A stretch of DNA of 64,000 nt, taken from Chiloscyllium plagiosum. Lineage: Eukaryota. The position numbers and the translations under genes are program-made. Numbering within the stretch: position 1 is the first letter of the stretch; each line of letters opens with the position of its first letter. The notes beneath the pieces are model-generated. The model was not told where the DNA came from, ran no database searches, and saw only the letters and a program-made list of their open reading frames with translations. The DNA is taken from contig NC_057754.1 of assembly GCF_004010195.1 (NCBI RefSeq), positions 845,318 to 909,317 of the forward strand, read 5' to 3'. Positions 1-12,949 of the stretch are shown here, in pieces.

Positions 1-482
1 GGAAGACTTGAACATTATGAAAATTAAATAATTGAAGCCAAATGTTGTCACAAGGACCAAGGCACCTTACTCACAGACTAGATGATTGTAAACAGTTTTG
101 AACTGTACAGAAATGTATTTTTTCTTTGAAATAAAGCCCAAATTTAACAATATGTTTAACTGTTCACCAATATTTAAACTGATCTGCACAACAGGATTGG
201 TAATGTGGTTTCCTTGAGTTTCACTTATCTTCTACTTATTTAGCTGCAAAGCCAGTCCTGGTAGAAGCATGAGGAGACCATTCAACTCTTGTTCCACTAT
301 TCAACTAACTCATGGCAGATCTGCTTCTTCACTTATCCAGTTACCATATCCTTTTGTCCTGCACCGTTATTGCTTTTGACACTTAATTTCTCCTGCTTCC
401 CACACAGTCCACAGACTTTCCCATGTGTTCTTATTCGCATCAACTGCCCCACCATCACCACTCCCTCCTATTCACTGCTAAA

Positions 483-890
483 CAGGAGTCCTCAGCTCTG
501 GGCCTACCACAACCATGACCTGCTGCTGCCACCACCTCACAACAACCACGAGTCCTCAGCTCTGGGCCTCACCGATAACAAAGAATCCCCTGCTCCAGCC
601 TACCACAACTAGGAGCTGCCGCCACTGTCTCATTAATAACCAGGAGACCCTGGTTCCGGGTCTACCACAACCTGGAGCTGCCATCACGGTCTTACCGATA
701 ATCAAGAGGCCCAGAACTAGGGTCTGTCACAATCAAGAACTACTGCTGCCACCTCACCAATAACAAGGAGATGACAGCTCTAAGCCTACCACAACCAGGA
801 GGTGCTGCCACTGTCTTACCGATATCCAGAGCGAGAACCCATAATTCTACTGCATTCAGGAGACCCTGGCTCCACTGCAGCCACCACCTC
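483..890. repeat. Degenerate tandem repeat (about 60-65 bp unit)
   Basis: Recurring CTACCACAACCAGGAG..GCTGCCA..CTCACC.ATAA..AGGAG. Confidence 0.7.
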
Positions 891-1726
891 ATTCCAGGGC
901 ATATTGGTGCAATTAGACTGTGATCTGGACACATATACTTGCTCTGTGACCTCTGCTACCAAAGGGTTTCAGTGACGGAACACAATGTTGTCCCTGCACT
1001 GATTTTTACAGAAGATTGTAGAACATTAATTTGGTCCATAGGCTTGGTGCTGCCGTTTACGTTCCACATGAGCTGCCTCTTACCTCTAGTCCATCTAATT
1101 GTGTTTCAGTATATCCTTTCTTTCGCCCCACGTGTTTATCTAGCTTCCTCTTTCAATACCTCAACACTTTTCACCTCAACCCATCCCTATGGTCCCGAGT
1201 CCACGTTCTCCTCACTCTCTGGGGAGTTTCTCTTGAATTCCCCATTAGATTTATTGTTATTAATCATACTTTATATTTATGGCTCTTATTTGGTTCACTC
1301 CCATAAGGGGAAACATCTTCTCTATGCTGTCCATTCTAAAACTCTACCCAATTAGTCCCACTCTACCCCACTTTAGCTAACCCCTATAAATTTCTCTTTT
1401 TCAAATCTTTATTTATCCATTCAGATTGCCCATTTGAAATTTACTAATGAATATGCTTCCTCTGCCTTTTCAGGTAATGTGCATTCCAAATTACAACAAC
1501 TCACAGAGTTGGAAAAAGTTTGTGTTTTCCCTCTGCATCTTACATTCCAGATTTTTCTCACTAGGGATCTGTGGGAAAGACCTTTCCAATAGTACTGCCA
1601 TCAAAGAGCTTCAGCCAAAAGCAAATATAAGCAACACTAGAGGGAGGAGTTTCACATAGCAGATATACCCAGCGTTACTTAACTGCATAAAAATATGTAT
1701 ATAGAATCTGTTATTAGCCCAGTTAT

Positions 1727-2025
1727 AGAGTCATAGAGATGTACAGCATGGAAACAGACCCTTTGGTCCAACTCGTCCATGCCAACCAGATATCCTAACC
1801 TAAGCTAGTCCCATTTTCCAGCACTTGGCCCATATCCTTCTAAATCCTTCCTATTCATATACCTATCCAGATGCCTCTGAAATGTTGTAATTGTACCAGC
1901 CTCCATCACTTCCATACATGCATCACCCTCTGCGTGAAAAGGTTGCCCCTTCGATCCTTTAAAATTTTTCCCCTCTCACTTTAAATCTATACCCCCACTC
2001 CAGGGAACAGACCTTGTCTATTATC
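1727..2025 (-). mobile_element. CR1/HER1 LINE 3' end
   Basis: ATAGAGTCATAGAGATGTACAGCATGGAAACAGACCC tail, shared with copies at about 31405, 52135 and 62058 (minus) and 62925-63130 (plus). Confidence 0.8.
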
Positions 2026-2122
2026 TTATACTAAATTCTACTGTACTCTAAGCTACTTTCTCCCCCACCACACCCCCACCCCCCTGTCATTTTTCTCTCC
2101 ACTCTGCAGGCACCCTGCCTCT

Positions 2123-2158
2123 ATTCCTGATGAAGGGCTTTTGCCCGAAACGTCGAAT
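2123..2158 (+). ncRNA. Minimal type-I hammerhead ribozyme motif in a Penelope-derived terminal repeat (about 2050-2200)
   Basis: ATTC-CTGATGA-A-GGGC TTTT GCCC-GAAAC-GTC-GAAT: intact core, stem II, palindromic ACGT in place of stem III, GUC triplet and ATTC/GAAT helix I. Confidence 0.7.
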
Positions 2159-2296
2159 TTCCTGCTCTTCAGATGCTGCCTGACCTGCTGTGCTTTTCCT
2201 GAGTGGTCAACAGGTGAAGCAGAGGCCTAAGTGGGCTGGAGGAAGGGGCATTATATTGGCACAAAGCACTGGCTAGACACTGGGGACTGAAAAGAG

Positions 2297-2608
2297 AGAT
2301 TAGATTAGATTACAGTGTGGAAACAGGCCCTTCAGCCCAACAAGTCCACACCGACCCGCTGAAGCGCAACCCACACATACCCCTACATTTACCCCTATAC
2401 CTAACACTACGGGCAATTTAGCATAGCCAATTCACCTGACCTGCACATCTTTGGACTGTGGGAGGAAACCGGAGCACCCGGAGGAAACCCACGCAGACAT
2501 GGGGAGAACGTGCAAACTCCATACAGTCAGTCGCCTGAGGCGGGAATTGAACCCGGGTCTCTGGCGCTGTGAGGCAACAGTGCTAACCACTGTGCCAACG
2601 TGCTGCCC
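2297..2608 (-). mobile_element. HE1-type tRNA-derived SINE
   Basis: Reverse complement of GGGCAGCACG..TGGCACAGTGGTTAG (A box)..GGTTCAATTCCC (B box)..TAATCTAATCT tail. Confidence 0.9.
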
Positions 2609-2639
2609 ACTATGCACATGTACACAAGCATTTTTCCAA

Positions 2640-3357
2640 TATTTCTGTTGTAAGGTTCTACCTCTGCTATCCATATACATCACATCATTCTCCACCACTT
2701 CCGCCATCCGTATACATCACATCATCCTCCGTCACTTCCACCACCTACAAACAGACCCAAACACCAGGGAGAGACATTCCCTCTGCAATTGCCTCGTCAC
2801 CCACCAGCCCACACCTCACTCCCGGCATCTTCCCCTGCCACCGCAGGAAGTGCAAAACCTGCACCCATGTCTCCCCCTTCACCTCCGTCCAAGGCCCCAA
2901 AGGATCCTTCCACATCCGACAGAAATTTGCCTGTACCTCCTTCAATATCATCTAAGGTATCTGTTGCAACTGATGCAGTCTGCTCTACATTGGGGAGACA
3001 GGATGCCAACTTGCAGATTACTTAGAGAACATCTCTGGGACACCCGCACCAACCAACCCCACCACCCCATGGCTGAACACTTCAACTCCCCCTCCTACTC
3101 TGCCAAGGACTTGCAGGTCCTGGGACTCCTCCAACGCCAAACCCTTACCACCTGCGCCTGGAGGAAGAATGCTTCATATTCTGTCTTGGGCCATGCAACC
3201 ACACAGGATCAATGTGGATTTTACCAGTTTCCTCATTTCCCCTTCCTGCTGAAGGTCGATTCTCCTGCTCCTCGGATGCTGCCTGACCTGCTGTTTTTTT
3301 CCAGCACTACACTCTCGACTCCGATCCCCAGCATCTGCAGTCCTCACTTTCTCCAAG
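2640..3357 (+). mobile_element. Penelope-like element 3' fragment (GIY-YIG endonuclease remnant and terminal repeat)
   Basis: Decayed frames ..FHIRQKFACTS..CSLLYIGETG..EHLWDTRTNQPHHPMAEHFNSPS; terminal GATGCTGCCTGACCTGCTG..CAGCATCTGCAGTCCTCACTTTCTCC. Confidence 0.75.
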
Positions 3358-3509
3358 GTTCGATACCCCAAACCTTGTACATCAAGTGACTTTCTCTGCA
3401 CCACATCCTCTCCTCACTTATCATCTGTCCACCTGCATTTGCAGCAGAGGACCATTGTGTTCAGAACGTAGGAAAGGGTAAGTCATTCAGCCTCTTGAGC
3501 CAGTTTCAT

Positions 3510-3880
3510 CAATGTGAGCATATTTCAGGCTGAGGGCTTCAACGTGTGTGCCTTTAAAGGTGTCAGTTTAAGTGTGAGCATATTTCAGGGGAGACGATTC
3601 AGCGAGAGTGTATTTCAGGGTCTAAGATTCCATGTGAGCATGTTTCAAAGAGAGATTCTGTGTGAGCATGAGATTGAGTGTGATTCAGGGTGAGAATTTC
3701 AATGAGCCTGTGTTTCAGGGTAAGTTTCAGTGTGAATATGTTTCACAATGTGAGAGTCAGTATGAGCGTGTTTCAGGGTATGAGTCAGTGTGTGTCTGTT
3801 TCAGGGTCAGAGGTTCATTTTGTGTGTTTCAGGGTATGAGAGTTCATGAGTGTGTGTGTGTTTCAGAGTGTGAGCGGAGT
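3510..3880. repeat. Degenerate minisatellite (about 30 bp unit)
   Basis: Recurring TGAGC.TGTTTCAGGG. Confidence 0.7.
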
Positions 3881-4129
3881 TGCTACACTTATTTTCTGGC
3901 TAAAAAGGTATTGGCAATTTCTTTTAACCAAGTAAGTTATAGAAATATTAGTTTTTCCTAAACGCTGGATGGAGTTTACCAATGCAAAGTCATGCTGTTT
4001 GTGATGAAAATGCACGAGCAATGTTAGAAATGGTAACTTTAACCCACCAACATGTTAGATACAGGGATACTGGTGCCACTATAAATGCCGGAGGAAACAT
4101 CACAGAAGCGCTTCACAGAAGGGTCCCAA

Positions 4130-4169
4130 GCACTGAGGATGTCACCTAGACAGGGGACGAAACATCTGC
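4130..4169 (+). ncRNA. Hammerhead ribozyme motif in a second Penelope-like terminal repeat (about 4075-4243)
   Basis: GCA-CTGAGGA-T-GTCACCT AGAC AGGGGAC-GAAAC-ATC-TGC; helix I GCA/TGC; one mismatch in stem II. Confidence 0.6.
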
Positions 4170-6540
4170 AACACAAATTCCCAGCTCGGCGAACAGAACC
4201 ACAACAACGAGCACCCGAGCTACAAATCTTCTCCCAAACTTTGAATATTATATGCATGATGTTTTTGGGAACTGTACTAGGAACCTTATACAAAACTTTG
4301 CTATTTTCAATTTAGAAAAGTGTATTTTGCAATTAATGGGATTATATTTTTACTATGTGTTTGTAACATTTGAAATTGTATTCTAAGTATGTGGTTTGGT
4401 TCATTTTATGTAATTGTTGTTCAAGCTCAATCTGCAGCATTGTGTGCTTATGGCTCTGCAAATGACGACTTTGTTAAAACTAAAACAAATTAAGTTATGA
4501 CCTATCAAGCTAGTTCCTGTCTAGGATCTGATTTGTCTGATAATAATATTAAATGGGATAATTTCTCTCCATTTCATTCCAAAGTGACCTATCCTCTATC
4601 CTGAGACTGTGACCCCTTGTTCTGGATACCCTTGTCAGGGGGAGTATCATCCTTACATCCAGTCTGTCCAACCCTGTCAGAATTTTATACATTTGAATAA
4701 GATTCCCTCACATTCTTCTAACAGTGAATACAGCCCCGGTTGAACCAATCTTTTATGACAAAACTGCTATTCCAGGATTCAGTCCTTTTCTTTTAACTGC
4801 TGTTTCCTTGACTTCACTTAGCCTTTATGGCATTACTAGAGAAGCTATAACATTCGCTCCTGCCAAATCATTCCTTAAGATTTAATACAACTCCATCTAT
4901 GGGTAAATTGTGGACAATCCAACAGTTACCATTCCAGATATTAGCTCACACACTTAACCTTGTACCCAGTGACAAAAGGTACAGGTATATATGCCCCATG
5001 AATACATTTTACTAAAACTTTGGCATTCATGTCATTCTCTGGTGAAATAGTCATGCCTTTCCCCAACAAGAGTTTGCGTGGCTCCTGTATCTCTATGTAT
5101 CATCATAGGTTTATTAAATAATTATTCCTCAAATTATGCACTTTACACATTGACAAAAATTCCCAATAAATCATTGATCATTTGTTTACTTTGTTCATTT
5201 GCCTGCACTCAAGGTGTTTCCACCTAGTCTCGCAACTGCAGTCAGTGATATAATGTGTTCTGCAGTACTCTCAGTCTGGTATCCTTTCTCTGCTGACCAT
5301 GGGATTTATCCAAGGATTCCATGGATAAATCCCATGGATTGACCTGACAACTTCCAGGAATCAGCACAACAGAAGTACCTTTGTATTTGGGAATCACTTC
5401 CACCTTCAGCACTCTCTTGTGTGGCCTGTGGACAAGATCCTGGGGCATTCTCAGCTGTCTTCTTGAATCTTGCATTCCTTTCACCTTCCCATCTTATCTT
5501 TGTTAGTTTATGGAAGTGACAGAAAAAAGGCTTAATTTTGTGGATCAACTCGCTGCTTATCTTGCTGTTTCCATTGCAAGCTTTCAATGCCCATTTGCAA
5601 CAACATGGGGGTAAATTTTTAAATTCAAGGAAAATTACTCACTCAAGGGTCTCATACATAGTCTACATTTCATGCATGCATCCAACAATCAAATTTTTTG
5701 CTTTACCCTCTCAAAGCTGCTGAAGCTTATTTTTAAATTTTGCCTGTGACTCCTATGTAGCAAGATTACTTTTTTTTAAACCAGTTCATAGTCGATAACA
5801 ACTGTCCTCAGAAAGCAAGCAATTTCATCAACCAACTCTCCAACAACAATGTTCAGTTTTCCTTGGGTCACCTGTTCAGCCATCTTTTTAAAGGAAAGGA
5901 AATATTTATCATAGAGCATAGAAAAGTACAGCACAGAACAGTCCCTTTGGCCCATGATGTTGTGCCCAGCATTAATCCTAATGCAAAATAACTTAACTTA
6001 ACCTACGCACCCCTCACCTCACTGCTATCCATGTGCATGTCCAGTCGCTTAAATGTCCCTAATGACTGCTTCCACCACCACCGTTGGCAACGCCTTCCAT
6101 GAATTCACAACTCTCTGCGTAAAGAACCTTCCTCTGACGTCCCCTCTATACCTTTCTCCTAATATCTTAAAACTAATAGAAACAGAAAATAGGAGGAGTA
6201 GGCCATGAGACCTTTCAAGTTTGCTCTGCCATTATGGTCATGGCTGATCATACAATTCAATAGCCTGTTCCAGCCCTTCCCCCCCATATCTTCTGATCCC
6301 ATTAGTCCAAGTGCTATATCCAACTCCACTTTGAAATCAAATGTTCCTTTGGTTTTGACATTTTATATGGTAGAGAATTCCACGAGCTCCCCATTCTCTA
6401 GGTAAAGAAATTTCTCCTCATTTCAATCCTAAACGGTTTACCTCATATTCTTAGACTGTAGCCCCCAATTCTGGACTTCCCCACCATTGGGAACATCCTT
6501 CCTGCATCTACCCTGTTTAGTCCTGTTGGAATTTTATCGG

Positions 6541-9500
6541 TGAAATATCTGCACAAAGGTTGGTATCCCGTCACCAATTCACATGTGGAAAGTTCTTGAC
6601 ATTGGTCCAGCTCTCAAGAATGAACAGAAACTCTGACACTCCAGTCAGCCAGGGTTTCCTGACTGGACCAGATTAACAGCCCCAAATCAGGGAACTCATA
6701 TTGTATGAGGTCCACCTGGTTGACCTCGTTACAATCATTACATCAATTCCTGAGTCTGGGAACATGGGCCAGTTCTATTTTGAAATTCCTCCTAGGACAT
6801 TTAGCATGGGGTCAGGTTCCTTCAAATCTGCCTCTGATACAGGCAGCATGTAATGTGCAGTAGCTTGCCTGTTGCACCCAAAGCATCTTGGAAGAAACTC
6901 ATTCTCCTCGTCAGGTGGCAAAAAGCAACAAAGCAGTGATATCCGCTGTGTTCATCTCAGATTCCAAGGCTTGTTGGTGAGGGAGAGCCCACCGGTTCCA
7001 GAACAGTCGGAAAGGCAGTCGAGGAGCTGGACACATTTTGCTTCCACTCCATTTGCAGGTTTGCAGCTTTCATATGGTCCATATGCTTGTTCGGGACAAT
7101 TGCATCTAGTTAAATTTTACATGTCACTCAATCTGACCTTGGGTCAACCATGCCGTTTACCCATGGAGGGCCATTCCCATGGTTGCTATAGCAAACTCCA
7201 TTCCCTTAAGTAAACTGTCTCTCTCACTTCGTGGAGTCCTGTGTCTGGTATTGGCATTCCTAATGCTGTTTCACCCTTCCCCTTCCCAGGCCCTAGAAGA
7301 TCAGATTTAACTAGTACGGAATCTTCTCCCCATTAGCAACGGTGCTGAAGTTATCCCTGAAATTGCAAGAGGAGTGGTCCCATCATCAAAGAGGAACCAG
7401 GGCAGCTTGGTTTCTAGCGAAGCTGCAGGCTGTTTCTTTAACCTTTTGTTTCTGCCAGATCATTGGATGTTGGATAGCATACATATTGCATTGACATAGC
7501 ATGGATATGTTGAATACCATTCAATTTTAGCAAATACTCAAATTTCCTGCTGGTGAATGATGGCCATTATCCATGATCAACACTTCCGGGAGTCCATGTA
7601 TTGCAAAAGGTGCACACAGTTTTTCTATCATTGTCCCCATGTTTGATGAATGAACTCTACGCACATCCAGCCACTTTCAGTGGGTGTCCACAATAACTAA
7701 GAACATTGAGCCCATGAAAGGACTGCAAATTCAACATGCAAAAAGGGCCAGGATTTATCCAGCCGTTCCCACAAATGTGAGGGAGCTGCTTTGGGTAATT
7801 TTTGTCTTTATTAGTAAACATAGAACAGTACAGCGCAGTACAAGCCCTTCTGCCCTCAATGTTGTGCCAATCTGTGAAACCAATCTAAAGCCCACCTAAC
7901 CTACACTATTCCATTATCATCCATAGGTTTATCCAACGATCACTTAAATGCCCTTAATGTTGGTGAGTCCACTACTGTTGCAGGCAGGGCATTCCATGCC
8001 CTTACTACTTTGAGTAAAGAACCTACCTCTGACATCTATCCTATATCTATCAACCCTCAACTTAAAGCTGCTTCCCCTTTTGCTAGCCATCACCATCCAA
8101 GGAAAAAGGCTCTCACTGTCAACCCTATCTAATCCTCTGATCATCTGGTATGCCTCTATTAAGTCACCTCTTAACCTTCTCTCTAATGAAAACAGCCTCA
8201 AGTCCCTCAGCCTTTGCTCATATGACACTCCCTCCATACCAGGCAATATCCTAGTAAATCTCCTCTGCATCCTTTCCAATACTTCCATATCGTACCTATA
8301 ATGCAGCGACCAGAACTGGATGCAATACTCCAAGTGCAGCCACACCAGAGTTTTGTACAGCTGCAACATAACCTCATGGATCTGAAACTCAATCCCTCTA
8401 CTAATAAAAGCTAACACACTTTACACCTTAACAACCCTATCAACCTGGGTGGCAACTTTCAGGGATCTATGCACATGGACACAGATCTCTCTGCTCATCC
8501 ACACTACCAAGAATCTTACCATTAGCCCAGTACTCTGCATTCCTGTTGCTCCTTCCAGAGTGAATCACCTCACACTTTTCTGCATTAAACTCCATTTGCC
8601 ACCTCTCAGCCCAGCTCTGCAGCTTATCTGTGTTCCTCTGTAACCTGTGACATCCTTCTATACTGTGCACAACTCCACCGACTTTAGTGTCATCTGCAAA
8701 TTTACTAATCCATCCTTCTATGCTCTCATCCAGATCATTTATAAAAATGACAAACAGCAGTGGCCCCAAAACAGATCCTTGTGGTACAACACTAGTAAAT
8801 GAACTCCAGGATGCACATTTCCCATCAACCACCACCCTCTGTCTTCTTCTAGATAACCAATTTCTGATCCAAACCGCTAAATCACCCTCAATCCCATGCC
8901 TCTGTATTTTCTACAGTGGCCTACCATGGGAAACTTTATCAACGCTTTACTGAAATCCATATACACCACATCAACTGCTTTACCCTCATCCACCTGTTTG
9001 GTCTCCTTCTCAAAAAACTCAATAAAGCTTGTGAGGCACGACCTACCCTTCACAAAACTGTGTTGACCATCTCTAAGCAAATTATCCCTTTCTAGATGAT
9101 TATAGATCCTATATCTTATAATTCTTTCCAAAGCTTTGCCACAACAGAAGTGAGGCTCACTGGTCTATAATTACCAAGGTTGTCTCTACTCCCCTTCTTG
9201 AACAAGGGAATACCAATTGCTATCCTCCAGTCTTCTGGCACTATTCCTGTAGACAATAACAACAGTAAAGATCAAAGCCAAGGATTCTGCAATCTCCTCC
9301 CGAGCTTCCCAAAGAATCCTAGGATAAATTCCATCTGGCCCAGGAGACTTATCTATTTTCACACTTTCCAGAATTACTAACACGTCCTCCTTATGAACCT
9401 AAATCCCGTCTCGTCTAATAGCCTGTATCTCAGTATTCTCCTTAACCACAGTCTTTTTCCCGTGTGAATACTGATTAAAAAAAGTTATTTAGCATCTCTC

Positions 9501-11023
9501 CTATGTATTCAGACTCCACGCACAACTTCCCACTACTGTCCTTGACTGGCCCTAGTCATTCTTTTATTCCTGACATATCTATAGAAAGCTTTTGGATTTT
9601 CATTTATCCTACCTGCCAAAGACTTCTTAAGACCCCTACTGGCTCTTCTTAGCTCTTTCTTTAGATCCTTCCTGGCTAACTTTTAACTCTCAAGTGCCCT
9701 AACTGAGCCTCAGAGTTTGAGTTCAGAGCAAATTTTATTAAAGACTGGTTCTGCAATCATTGAAACGATTGCACCAGTATCAACCTCCATTAGAACCAAG
9801 TGACTATTCAACCAGACATGTATTTTGATTGGTTCTGATTTGGATGTTGCTAAGCAATTTAACTGTTACAAACTTTTCCTCGTGCACTATCCTGGAATAC
9901 TGGCCTGTGACTTCTCTAACTCAATTTAGGTGTAGTCGAATTCTTTTACAATCCACAGTCCTCGTACCAACAGCAATCACTCTGACTTGCCAGCCTGTAT
10001 CCTGAAGAAAATTTTAACCATTTGGCTGAGGCTTGGTTTTGTTTTGAGCTTTTGCTGTGGGCTGATTTGGGGTCCCTCTGTTCAGGATATGTCCAGAGTG
10101 AGGCTATGCAGTTGCACCACTCAAGTGGTATTCCCAAGCTCAGTTGGATTAGCGAGGGTGTCCACTCCCATCAGAATAACCTGCAACTCATATGTTCCAC
10201 TTGCCGCATTTTCCAATGATAAAACCAGTTGTAGTGCCTGTTTGCGGTCCAGTTAGGTTTCAGCTAGTAGGCGCTTTTGCAAGGTTACATAATTAATCCC
10301 ACATATCAGTCTCTCAACATCTCGTTAACAGTTAAATCAAAGTCAAATGCCTCTGCCAGTCGTCTTAAATATCGTCAAAATCTTGGATTCCCCTGGTTCT
10401 TGAATTGCCAAGTAAAACCGCTAACATCTCCGAATTAGAGGCTTTGATCGCAATATTCTAAATCCGTCAACTCTTGAAAGATTTTAGTATCTGTGCCTCA
10501 GGAAAAGTTAAACTCCTAATAACCAAAAAAGCTGTGCGTTCACAGCTGTCAGGAGAATTACTCATTGCTTTTCATCTGCCCCAATATCATTTGCCCGGAC
10601 AAAAGAACACATTCTTTCCACATACTGGGCCCAAACTTCGATAGCATGATTCAATGAGTCAAGCTTCCCAAATAAAGGCATGATGCCAGAAATGCTTACC
10701 CCAACTCAAAGACAATTGTTGCGAGTGAACATCTTCAGGAATGTGCTTTTCTCTTGTCACCACTAAAATAACTGAACAGAAGCTGGTATCCTGTCACCAA
10801 CTCACCCATTATTTACACACAGAAGGTCCTTGACAACTGATCCATCTTCCTCAGACCTAGCTCTGAGTGAACAGAACCTCTGACACGCCTGTTTATATTT
10901 TTTTCCCCACTCCTGTTTATCTTGGTCAGCCAGAGCTCCCTGATTGGACCAAATTAACAATCCCAATCAGGGAACCCATATTCTCTGAAGCCCACCTGGT
11001 TTGACCTTATTGCAATCACTACA
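6541..11023 (-). mobile_element. Degenerate Gypsy (Mag-like) LTR retrotransposon, internally deleted and interrupted by a CR1 LINE
   Basis: Direct repeats 6541-6742 and 10764-11023 (start TGTA on minus); PBS-like TGGTGACAAGAG next to the 5' LTR; gag start MPLFGKLDS..WAQYVER (about 10680); protease MEVDTGA (about 9780); integrase remnants ..KWLDV..HGLPEVLIMDNG (about 7560-7740); degenerate 5-bp TSD ATCGG/ATAGA. Confidence 0.8.
7815..9711 (-). mobile_element. 5'-truncated CR1/HER1-type LINE (RT ORF2 fragments and 3' tail)
   Basis: ORF pieces KSPGPDGIYPRILWE, VPQGSVLGPLLF..FADDTK, LYKTLV..HLEYCIQFWS, with frameshifts; nested in the Gypsy element. Confidence 0.9.
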
Positions 11024-11769
11024 ATAGAGTTCTATAAGATGCCCTGTTATTCTTCTAAACTCCAGTGAATATAATTTTAACCAATCTAGTCTCGCTTTAT
11101 ATATCAGTCCTACCATCCCAGGAATCAGTCTGGTACATCTTGGTTACAGTCCCTCTGTACGAAGAAAATCCTACTTAATCCTAAAACGACCAGAATGGCA
11201 CACAATATTCCAGGTATGATCTCATCAAGGACCTATACAATTGCAGCAAGACATCCCTGTTCCTGTACTCAAATCCTCTCACTATGAAGGCGAATATACT
11301 ATTCCTAACTGCTTGCATCGCTTTCGTCAGATTTTGAAAGCCTACACAAATTTAAACAGTCCAATTGGGTTTTGACTCTGGTCTTTGCCAAAAGTCAGAG
11401 CCTTCTTTTAACGTTCCAGCCTTTTAACATTAGTTTATTGCCAAAACAGAATTTATTCAATGAATTGGCAATAATTTGTTAACATGCACAGCAGTGATAT
11501 AAAAGTCTAAATGCCTACCTATCTAGATATCTCCAAAAGACCTATGCAAACACACTCATGGTGTTTCTCTTCTGAAAGAGAGGAAAAAAAGATTTCTGTA
11601 CAGAAATGGACTTTCTGAAAAAAAACACCTTGGCCAATGGAATATTCATGAAGGTAAAGGGATAACGTATAGAATGTTCTCTAATGTTCATGCTTGTGTG
11701 ATCAAGTCATTAATACTGTTTTTGATGGCTTGTAGAAACAACTTGCTCATGAAACAAGTCATGTTTGAT

Positions 11770-12056
11770 GGGCGGCACGGTGGCACAGTGGTTAGCACTG
11801 CTGTCTCACAGCACCAGAGACCCGGGTTCAATTCCCACCTCAGGTGACTGACTGTGTGGAGTTTGCACATTCTCCCCGTGTCTGTGTGGGTTTCCTCCGG
11901 ATGCTCCGGTTTCCTCCCACAGTCCAAAGATGTGCAGGCCATGCTAAATTGCCCGTGGGGTAAAGGTAGGGGTATGGGTGGGTTGTGCTTCGGTGGGACG
12001 GTGTGGACTTGTTGGGCCGAAGGGCCTGTTTCCACGCTGTAAGTAATCTAATCTAA
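11770..12056 (+). mobile_element. HE1-type SINE
   Basis: GGGCGGCACGGTGGCACAGTGGTTAGC, GGTTCAATTCCC, LINE-like 3' end and AATCT repeats. Confidence 0.9.
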
Positions 12057-12949
12057 TATGTCGACAGTTCATAGTTGTTTACCTGTGGTTTGCATCAATT
12101 TACTTGTAATAAGTTGCAGTTTTTGTCAAGTACAGAAACCTTGTCCATATTTTCTATTAACTTGAATCTGAGTAACTAGGGGCATTCAGAAAATGCTCAA
12201 CCTTTATGATAGTTTCGGGAATAGTAGGCTTATTTCCAGTGCACTATTCTTGTGAGGCATAACAGGAGGTATCAGGGGCCCTGCCAGTAATTGTCAAATC
12301 CTCTCTGGCCACAGGTGAGGTGCTACAGGACTGCAGGGGAAATATGAAAGAACCAGGCAGAGTGGGGAAGGATGAGTGGGGGAGAGGGCCGTGAGGAGAC
12401 AGACAGGAACATACCTACTCAGCGAAGACGCCAACAATGAAAGCATCCCNNNNNNNNNNNNNNNNNNNNNNNNNNNNNNNNNNNNNNNNNNNNNNNNNNN
12501 NNNNNNNNNNNNNNNNNNNNNNNNNNNNNNNNNNNNNNNNNNNNNNNNNNNNNNNNNNNNNNNNNNNNNNNNNNNNNNNNNNNNNNNNNNNNNNNNNNNN
12601 NNNNNNNNNNNNNNNNNNNNNNNNNNNNNNNNNNNNNNNNNNNNNNNNNNNNNNNNNNNNNNNNNNNNNNNNNNNNNNNNNNNNNNNNNNNNNNNNNNNN
12701 NNNNNNNNNNNNNNNNNNNNNNNNNNNNNNNNNNNNNNNNNNNNNNNNNNNNNNNNNNNNNNNNNNNNNNNNNNNNNNNNNNNNNNNNNNNNNNNNNNNN
12801 NNNNNNNNNNNNNNNNNNNNNNNNNNNNNNNNNNNNNNNNNNNNNNNNNNNNNNNNNNNNNNNNNNNNNNNNNNNNNNNNNNNNNNNNNNNNNNNNNNNN
12901 NNNNNNNNNNNNNNNNNNNNNNNNNNNNNNNNNNNNNNNNNNNNNNNNN

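Noticed and set aside
2451..3389. 312-aa ORF
   Set aside because: Chance read-through from an antisense HE1 SINE into a frameshifted Penelope fragment.
11770..11840. tRNA gene (A and B boxes)
   Set aside because: It is the tRNA-derived head of an HE1 SINE; the same applies to the other copies.
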